Source: the human T2T-CHM13v2.0 reference genome, Homo sapiens
Assembly (NCBI RefSeq): GCF_009914755.1
Contig: NC_060948.1
Direction: 5' to 3' (one strand)
Length of the DNA: 64,000 nucleotides
Position 1 is the stretch's first letter. The number at the start of each line of letters is the position of its first letter. Position numbers and translations under genes: made by a program. The notes below the pieces were generated by a model, which worked only from the letters and a program-made list of their open reading frames with translations, had not been told where the DNA came from and did not search any database. This document shows positions 55,758 to 64,000 of this stretch, one piece after another.

Positions 55758-58700
55758 GGCCTGGAATAAAGTGGAATGCTACGGTCTCGAATGGAATAAA
55801 AATGTATGGAATGGAATGCAATGAAACGGAATCGAATGTCATAGAATGTAATGGAATGCAAAAAAATGGAATCCAAAATCATTGACTGGAAAGGCTGGGT
55901 GTCGAAAGGAATTGACTCCAATGGAATGGAATCGAATGGAATGGAAGTGAATAGAATCGAACTAAATCGAATGGAATGGAATTGATAGGAACGGAATGGA
56001 AAGGAATGCAATGATTTGGCATGGAATGGAATCGAATGGCATCGAATGGAATGGAATGGAATGCAATGGAATGGAATGTATTAGAATGTAATGAACTTTA
56101 ATGGAATGTACTCGAATGGATTCGACTGGAATGGAATGTTCTGGAAGTGAATGGACTCCAATGGAATGGATTCAAAAGGAATGGAATCGTACGGAATGGA
56201 ATCTAATGGAATGGAATTAAATGGAAATGAATCAAATTGAATAGCACGGAATTGAATTGAATGGAATGGAATGCAATGGAATCTAATGAAACGGAAAGGA
56301 AAGGAATGGAATGGAATGGAATGGGCTGGAATGGAAAGGAATCGAAACGAATGGAATGGAATCGAACTGAAGAGACTGGAATGGAATGCACTGGAATGGA
56401 AGGGAGTGTAATGGAAGGTTCTCGAAAAAAATGGAATCGAATGGAATGGAATTGAATGGAACGGAATAGAGTCGAATGGAATTGAATGGAATGGAATGGA
56501 CTAGAGTGAAATGGAATCAAACCACAAGGAATGGAGAGGAATAGAATGGTCTCGAATTGAATGGAATCGTATGGAATGGCATCAAACGGAATGGAATGGA
56601 CAGCCACGGAATGGAATGCACTCGAATGCAATGGAGTCGAAACTAATGGACTGGAATAGAATGGACTCGACTGGTACGGACTCCAATGGAATGGAATCGA
56701 ATGGAAGGGAATCGAACGGAATGGACTCGAAGGGAAAAGACTGCAATGGAAAGGTCTCGAATGGAATGGAAATTAATGGAATGGAATGGAATCGAATGAA
56801 ATGGAGTCAAAAGGAATGGAATCGAATGGCAACAAATCGAATGTAATGGAATCGCAAGGAATTGATGTGAACGGAACGGAATGGAATGGAATCCAAAGGA
56901 ATGGAATAGAATGGAATGGAATCGAATGGAAAGGACTCGAATGGAAATCACTCGAATAGAATGCAATTTAATAAAATAGGATCAAATGTAATGGAATGGA
57001 ATGGAAAGGAATCGAAACGAAAGGAATGGAGACAGATGGAGTGGAATAGAACAGAGAGCAATGGTATGGAATGGAATGGAATCATCTGGAATGGAATTGA
57101 ATGGAATGGAATAATATGAAATGGAATGGAATGGAATGGAATGGAATGGAATGCCCTTGAATTAAATGGACTGGAATGGAATGGACTCGAACAGAGTGGA
57201 ATGGAAAGTGTTGAGATAGAATGGAATGGACTCCTTTGGAATGGTGTAGTATGCAATGCAGTCGACTGGCAGGGAATCAAAAGGAATGTAATGGAATGGA
57301 CTGGACTGGAATGCAATGGACTCGAATAGATTGGAAACGGAATGCAAAGAAATGGAATGGAATAGTATGGAATGGAATGGAAAGGAATGGAGTGGAATAG
57401 ACTAGAGTGGAATGGAATGGACTGGAAAGCAATGGACTGGAATGGAACTTTCTTGAATGGACTGGAATCAAACGGAATGGAATGCAATGCAATCAAATGG
57501 CATGGAATAAAATAGAATGAAAGAGAATCAAATGGAATTGAATCGAATGGAATCGAATGGATTGGAAAGGAATAGAATGGAATGGAATGGAATTGACTCA
57601 AATGGAATGGACTAGAATGGAATGGATTCGAATGGAAGGCAAAGGAATGGAATCTATTGGAATGGACTGTAATGGAATGGAATGGAAGGGATTGGAATGG
57701 ACTCGAATGGAATGGACTGCAATAGAAAGGATTCGAATGGAATGAAAAAGAATTGAATGGAATAGAACAGAATGGAATCAAATCGAATGAAATGGAATGG
57801 AATAGAAAGGAATGGAATGAAATGGAATGGAAAGGATTCGAATGGAATGCAATCGAATGGAATGGAATCGAACGGAATGGAATAAAATGGAAGAAAACTG
57901 GCAAGAAATGGAATCGAAATGAATGGAGTGTTATGGAACGGACTCAAAAGGAATTGAATGTAATAGAATGGAGTGGAGTGGACTCGAATATAATGGACTG
58001 GAATGGAATGAAATCACATGGAATGGGAACGAATGGAATGGAATGGAAAGGAATGGAATCGAATGGAAAGGAATCGAATGGAAGGGAATGAAATTGAATC
58101 AACAGGAATGGAAGGGAATAGAATAGACGGTAATGGAATGGACTCGAATAGAATGGACACGAATGCTCAAATTGAATGGACTCGAATGGAATGGAAACGA
58201 AAGGAATGTCATCGAATGGAATTGAATCGATTGGAATGAAATCGCATAGAATGGAGTGGAATCAAATGGAATTGAATCGAAAGGAAAGGAAGCGAATGGA
58301 CTGAAATGAAATGGAATGGAATTGAATGGAAAGTAATGCAATGGAATAGAATGGAACGAAATTTCACGGAATGGAATCAAACTGAATGGAATCAAATCAA
58401 TGGAATCAAATCAAATGGAATGGAAAGGAATTGAATGGAGTAGATTGGATTGGATGGGATTGGAATGAAATGTACTGGAAAGGACTCGAATTTCATGAAA
58501 CGGAATGGAATGAATTGGAACGGAATGGACTCGAATGGAATGGAATGTCATGGAATGGCATCAAATGGAATGGCATCAAATGGAATGGAATCGAATGCAA
58601 TGGAATGCTATGGAATGGAATGGAATGCATTGGAATGGAATGTCCTCTAATGGAATGGATTCGAGTGGAATGGAATCGAATATAATGGAGTCGAATGAAA

Positions 58701-59326
58701 TGGAATTGAAAGGAATGGGATCGAATACAATGGAATATACTGGAATGTAATGTAATGAACTCGAATGTAATTGACTGGAATGGAATGTACATGAATGGAA
58801 TGTAATCGAATGGAAAGTAATCCAATGGAATAGAATCTAATGCAATGAAATCGACTCAGATAGAGTAGAATGTAATGGAATGGAGTGCAGTGCAATGGAA
58901 TGGAATGGAATGGAATGCAATTGAATGGAATGGAATGGAATGGAATGGAATGGAATGGAATGGGATGGAATGGTATGGAATGGATAGTAATGGACTGGAG
59001 TGAAATGGACTGGAAAGGAATGGACTCAAATTGAAAGGGCTCGAAAGGAATGGAGTCAAATGGAATGGTCTGGAATGGAATGAACACGAATGTAATGCAA
59101 TCCAATAGAATGGAATCGAATGGCATGGAATATAAAGAAATGGAATCGGAGAGAATGGAAACAAATGGAATGGAATTGAATGGAATGGAATTGAATGGAA
59201 TGGGAACGAATGGAGTGAAATTGTATGCAGTAGAAGGGAATAGAATGGAATGCAAGCGAAAGGAAAGGAATGGATTGGAATGGAATGGAATTCATTGGAA
59301 TGGAAGGGAATGTAGTGTAATGGACA
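55758..59326 (+). repeat. DYZ1 unit 16 (3569 bp; unit-12 type)
   Basis: Spacing of GGCC landmarks; AATCAAACCAC, GGCAACAAATCG and an extra pentamer before GCCCTTG shared with unit 12. Confidence 0.9.
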
Positions 59327-62300
59327 GGCCTGGAATAAAGTGGAATGCTACGGTCTCGAATGGAATAAAAATGTATGGAATGGAATGCAATGAAATGGAA
59401 TCGAATGTCATAGAATGAAATGGAATGCAACAAAATGGAATCCAAAATCATTGACTGGAAAGGCTGGGTGTCGAAAGGAATTGACTCCAATGGAATGGAA
59501 TCGAATGGAATGGAAGTGAATAGAATCGAACTAAATCGAATGGAATGGAATTGATAGGAACGGAATGGAAAGGAATGCAATGATTTGGCATGGAATGGAA
59601 TCGAATGGCATCGAATGGAATGGAATGGAATGCAATGGAATGGAATGTATTAGAATGTAATGAACTTTAATGGAATGTACTCGAATGGATTCGACTGGAA
59701 TGGAATGTTCTGGAAGTGAATGGACTCCAATGGAATGGATTCCAAAGGAATGGAATCGTACGGAATGGAATCTAATGGAATGGAATTAAATGGAAATGAA
59801 TCAAATTGAATAGCACGGAATTGAATTGAATGGAATGGAATGCAATGGAATCTAATGAAACGGAAAGGAAAGGAATGGAATGGAATGGAATGGGCTGGAA
59901 TGGAAAGGAATCGAAACGAATGGAATGGAATCGAAGTGAAGAGACTGGAATGGAATGCACTGGAATGGAAGGGAGTGTAATGGAAGGTTCTCGAAAAAAA
60001 TGGAATCGAATGGAATGGAATTGAATGGAACGGAATAGAGTCGAATGGAATTGAATGGAATGGAATGGACTAGAGTGAAATGGAATCGAACCACAAGGAA
60101 TGGACAGGAATAGAATGGTCTCGAATTGAATGGAATCGTATGGAATGGCATCAAACGGAATGGAATGGACAGCCACGGAATGGAATGCACTCGAATGCAA
60201 TGGAGTCGAAACTAATGGACTGGAATAGAATGGACTCGACTGGTACGGACTCCAATGGAATGGAATCGAATGGAAGGGAATCGAACGGAATGGACTCGAA
60301 GGGAAAAGACTGCAATGGAAAGGTCTCGAATGGAATGGAAATTAATGGAATGGAATGGAATCGAATGAAATGGAGTCAAAAGGAATGGAATCGAATGGCA
60401 AGAAATCGAATGTAATGGAATCGCAAGGAATTGATGTGAACGGAACGGAATGGAATGGAATCCAAAGGAATGGAATAGAATGGAATGGAATCGAATGGAA
60501 AGGACTCGAATGGAAATCACTCGAATAGAATGCAATTTAATAAAATAGGATCAAATGTAATGGAATGGAATGGAAAGGAATCGAAACGAAAGGAATGGAG
60601 ACAGATGGAATGGAATGGAACAGAGAGCAATGGTATAGAATGGAATGGAATCATCTGGAATGGAATTGAATGGAATGGAATAATATGAAATGGAATGGAA
60701 TGGAATGGAATGGAATGGAATGCCCTTGAATTAAATGGACTGGAATGGAATGGACTCGAACAGAGTGGAATGGAAAGTGTTGAGATAGAATGGAATGGAC
60801 TCCTTTGGAATGGTGTAGTATGCAATGCAATCGACTGGCAGGGAATCAAAAGGAATGTAATGGAATGGACTGGACTGGAATGCAATGGACTCGAATAGAT
60901 TGGAAACGGAATGCAAAGAAATGGAATGGAATAGTATGGAATGGAATGGAAAGGAATGGAGTGGAATAGACTAGAGTGGAATGGAATGGACTGGAAAGCA
61001 ATGGACTGGAATGGAACTTTCTTGAATGGACTGGAATCAAACGGAATGGAATGCAATGCAATCAAATGGCATGGAATAAAATAGAATGAAAGAGAATCAA
61101 ATGGAATTGAATCGAATGGAATCGAATGGATTGGAAAGGAATAGAATGGAATGGAATGGAATGGACTCAAATGGAATGGACTAGAATGGAATGGATTCGA
61201 ATGGAAGGCAAAGGAATGGAATCTATTGGAATGGACTGTAATGGAATGGAATGGAAGGGATTGGAATGGACTCGAATGGAATGGACTGCAATAGAAAGGA
61301 TTCGAATGGAATGAAAAAGAATTGAATGGAATAGAACAGAATGGAATCAAATCGAATGAAATGGAATGGAATAGAAAGGAATGGAATGAAATGGAATGGA
61401 AAGGATTCGAATGGAATGCAATCGAATGGAATGGAATCGAACGGAATGGAATAAAATGGAAGAAAACTGGCAAGAAATGGAATCGAAATGAATGGAGTGT
61501 TATGGAACGGACTCAAAAGGAATTGAATGTAATAGAATGGAGTGGAGTGGACTCGAATATAATGGACTGGAATGGAATGAAATCACATGGAATGGGAACG
61601 AATGGAATGGAATGGAAAGGAATGGAATCGAATGGAAAGGAATCGAATGGAAGGGAATGAAATTGAATCAACAGGAATGGAAGGGAATAGAATAGACGGT
61701 AATGGAATGGACTCGAATAGAATGGACACGAATGCTCAAATTGAATGGACTCGAATGGAATGGAAACGAAAGGAATGTCATCGAATGGAATTGAATCGAT
61801 TGGAATGAAATCGCATAGAATGGAGTGGAATCAAATGGAATTGAATCGAAAGGAAAGGAAGCGAATGGACTGAAATGAAATGGAATGGAATTGAATGGAA
61901 AGTAATGCAATGGAATAGAATGGAACGAAATTTCACGGAATGGAATCAAACTGAATGGAATCAAATCAATGGAATCAAATCAAATGGAATGGAAAGGAAT
62001 TGAATGGAGTAGATTGGATTGGATGGGATTGGAATGAAATGTACTGGAAAGGACTCGAATTTCATGAAACGGAATGGAATGAATTGGAACGGAATGGACT
62101 CGAATGGAATGGAATGTCATGGAATGGCATCAAATGGAATGGCATCAAATGGAATAGAATCGAATGCAATGGAATGCTATGGAATGGAATGGAATGCATT
62201 GGAATGGAATGTCCTCTAATGGAATGGATTCGAGTGGAATGGAATCGAATATAATGGAGTCGAATGAAATGGAATTGAAAGGAATGGGATCGAATACAAT

Positions 62301-62890
62301 GGAATATACTGGAATGTAACGTAATGAACTCGAATGTAATTGACTGGAATGGAATGTACATGAATGGAATGTAATCGAATGGAAAGTAATCCAATGGAAT
62401 AGAATCTAATGCAATAAAATCGACTCAGATAGAGTAGAATGTAATGGAATGGAGTGCAGTGCAATGGAATGGAATGGAATGGAATGCAATTGAATGGAAT
62501 GGAATGGAATGGAATGGAATGGAATGGGATGGAATGGTATGGAATGGATAGTAATGGACTGGAGTGAAATGGACTGGAAAGGAATGGACTCAAATTGAAA
62601 GGGCTCGAAAGGAATGGAGTCAAATGGAATGGTCTGGAATGGAATGAACACGAATGTAATGCAATCCAAAAGAATGGAATCGAATGGCATGGAATATAAA
62701 GAAATGGAATCGGAGAGAATGGAAACAAATGGAATGGAATTGAATGGAATGGAATTGAATGGAATGGGAACGAATGGAGTGAAATTGTATGCAGTAGAAG
62801 GGAATAGAATGGAATGCAAGCGAAAGGAAAGGAATGGATTGGAATGGAATGGAATTCATTGGAATGGAAGGGAATGTAGTGTAATGGACA
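59327..62890 (+). repeat. DYZ1 unit 17 (3564 bp)
   Basis: Spacing of GGCC landmarks. Confidence 0.9.
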
Positions 62891-64000
62891 GGCCTGGAAT
62901 AAAGTGGAATGCTACGGTCTCGAATGGAATAAAAATGTATGGAATGGAATGCAATGAAATGGAATCGAATGTCATAGAATGTAATGGAATGCAACAAAAT
63001 GGAATCCAAAATCATTGGCTGGAAAGGCTGGGTGTCGAAAGGAATTGACTCCAATGGAATGGAATCGAATGGAATGGAAGTGAATAGAATCGAACTAAAT
63101 CGAATGGAATGGAATTGATAGGAACGGAATGGAAAGGAATGCAATGATTTGGCATGGAATGGAATCGAATGGCATCGAATGGAATGGAATGGAATGCAAT
63201 GGAATGGAATGTATTAGAATGTAATGAACTTTAATGGAATGTACTCGAATGGATTCGACTGGAATGGAATGTTCTGGAAGTGAATGGACTCCAATGGAAT
63301 AGATTCCAAAGGAATGGAATCGTACGGAATGGAATCTAATGGAATGGAATTAAATGGAAATGAATCAAATTGAATAGCACGGAATTGAATTGAATGGAAT
63401 GGAATGCAATGGAATCTAATGAAACGGAAAGGAAAGGAATGGAATGGAATGGAATGGGCTGGAATGGAAAGGAATCGAAACGAATGGAATGGAATCGAAC
63501 TGAAGAGACTGGAATGGAATGCACTGGAATGGAAGGGAGTGTAATGGAAGGTTCTCGAAAAAAATGGAATCGAATGGAATGGAATTGAATGGAACGGAAT
63601 AGAGTCGAATGGAATTGAATGGAATGGAATGGACTAGAGTGATATGGAATCGAACCACAAGGAATGGAGAGGAATAGAATGGTCTCGAATTGAATGGAAT
63701 CGTATGGAGTGGCATCAAACGGAATGGAATGGACAGCCACGGAATGGAATGCACTCGAATGCAATGGAGTCGAAACTAATGGACTGGAATAGAATGGACT
63801 CGACTGGTACGGACTCCAATGGAATGGAATCGAATGGAAGGGAATCGAACGGAATGGACTCGAAGGGAAAAGACTGCAATGGAAAGGTCTCGAATGGAAT
63901 GGAAATTAATGGAATGGAATGGAATCGAATGAAATGGAGTCAAAAGGAATGGAATCGAATGGCAACAAATCGAATGTAATGGAATCGCAAGGAATTGACG
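62891..64000 (+). repeat. Partial DYZ1 unit 18 (unit-13/15 type), runs off the window end
   Basis: GGCC at 62891; shares AATAGATTCC, GATATGG, TATGGAGTGG and TTGACG with units 13 and 15. Confidence 0.9.

Larger units (their letters stand above)
1..64000 (+). repeat. DYZ1: Human satellite III (HSat3) array, DYZ1-type (Yq12 heterochromatin), ~3.56-kb higher-order repeat of degenerate GGAAT pentamers
   Basis: Seen: continuous GGAAT/CGAAT/GGACT/GCAAT pentamers from end to end. Unique landmarks (e.g. GGACAGGCCTGGAATAAAGTGG, GAATTCATTGG, GCCCTTGAATTAAATGG) recur every 3534-3579 bp, and two intervals are exactly 3564 bp. Established knowledge: DYZ1 is the ~3.56-kb (classically '3.4-kb HaeIII/EcoRI') pentamer-based Y satellite. 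The Y assignment is from recognition, not a database search. Confidence 0.95.

Noticed and set aside
99-63979. All six-frame ORFs (MEWNG- and IPFHS-rich peptides, up to 318 aa, e.g. 1793-2710 and 42697-43653 on the - strand)
   Set aside because: Pure (GGAAT)n has no stop codon on either strand and translates to MEWNG/HSIPF repeats. The ORFs overlap in several frames, recur with the unit period and are opened or broken by 5-bp indels. There are no domains or signs of coding selection.
1-64000. CRISPR array or prokaryotic repeat/defence system
   Set aside because: No constant repeat with unique spacers, no cas or other genes; the sequence is primate pentamer satellite.
1-64000. HSat2, alpha satellite, DYZ2/HSat1B or Alu/L1 insertions
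   Set aside because: No 171-bp monomers, no AT-rich/Alu-containing DYZ2 units, no HSat2-type ATCATCGAATGGAATCGAATGG dominance, no poly-A tails or target-site duplications, and no interruption of the pentamer pattern.
1-64000. Inversion or strand switch within the array
   Set aside because: GGAAT stays on the + strand throughout; no ATTCC-rich segment was seen.

Overview
The whole 64-kb window is one uninterrupted, single-orientation block of human satellite III (degenerate GGAAT pentamers on the + strand, ATTCC on the - strand). It is organised into a ~3.56-kb higher-order unit with one HaeIII/StuI site and one EcoRI site per unit, which matches the Y-chromosome Yq12 DYZ1 family. There are 18 conserved HaeIII sites, giving 17 complete intervals of 3534-3579 bp, except one of 5243 bp. 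I see no genes, RNAs, transposons or unique sequence, and all listed ORFs are artefacts of translating (GGAAT)n. I found no new coding system. What is worth noting is the evolutionary structure of the array: a 1664-bp internal duplication/unequal-crossover junction with 19-bp microhomology at 28353-28371, multi-unit duplicated blocks traced by shared SNPs, a sub-family switch near 42-43 kb, a ~220-bp patch of clustered private substitutions, a 15-bp out-of-register copying event, and a strict 5n+4 unit-length rule. All comparisons were made by eye and need alignment to confirm.
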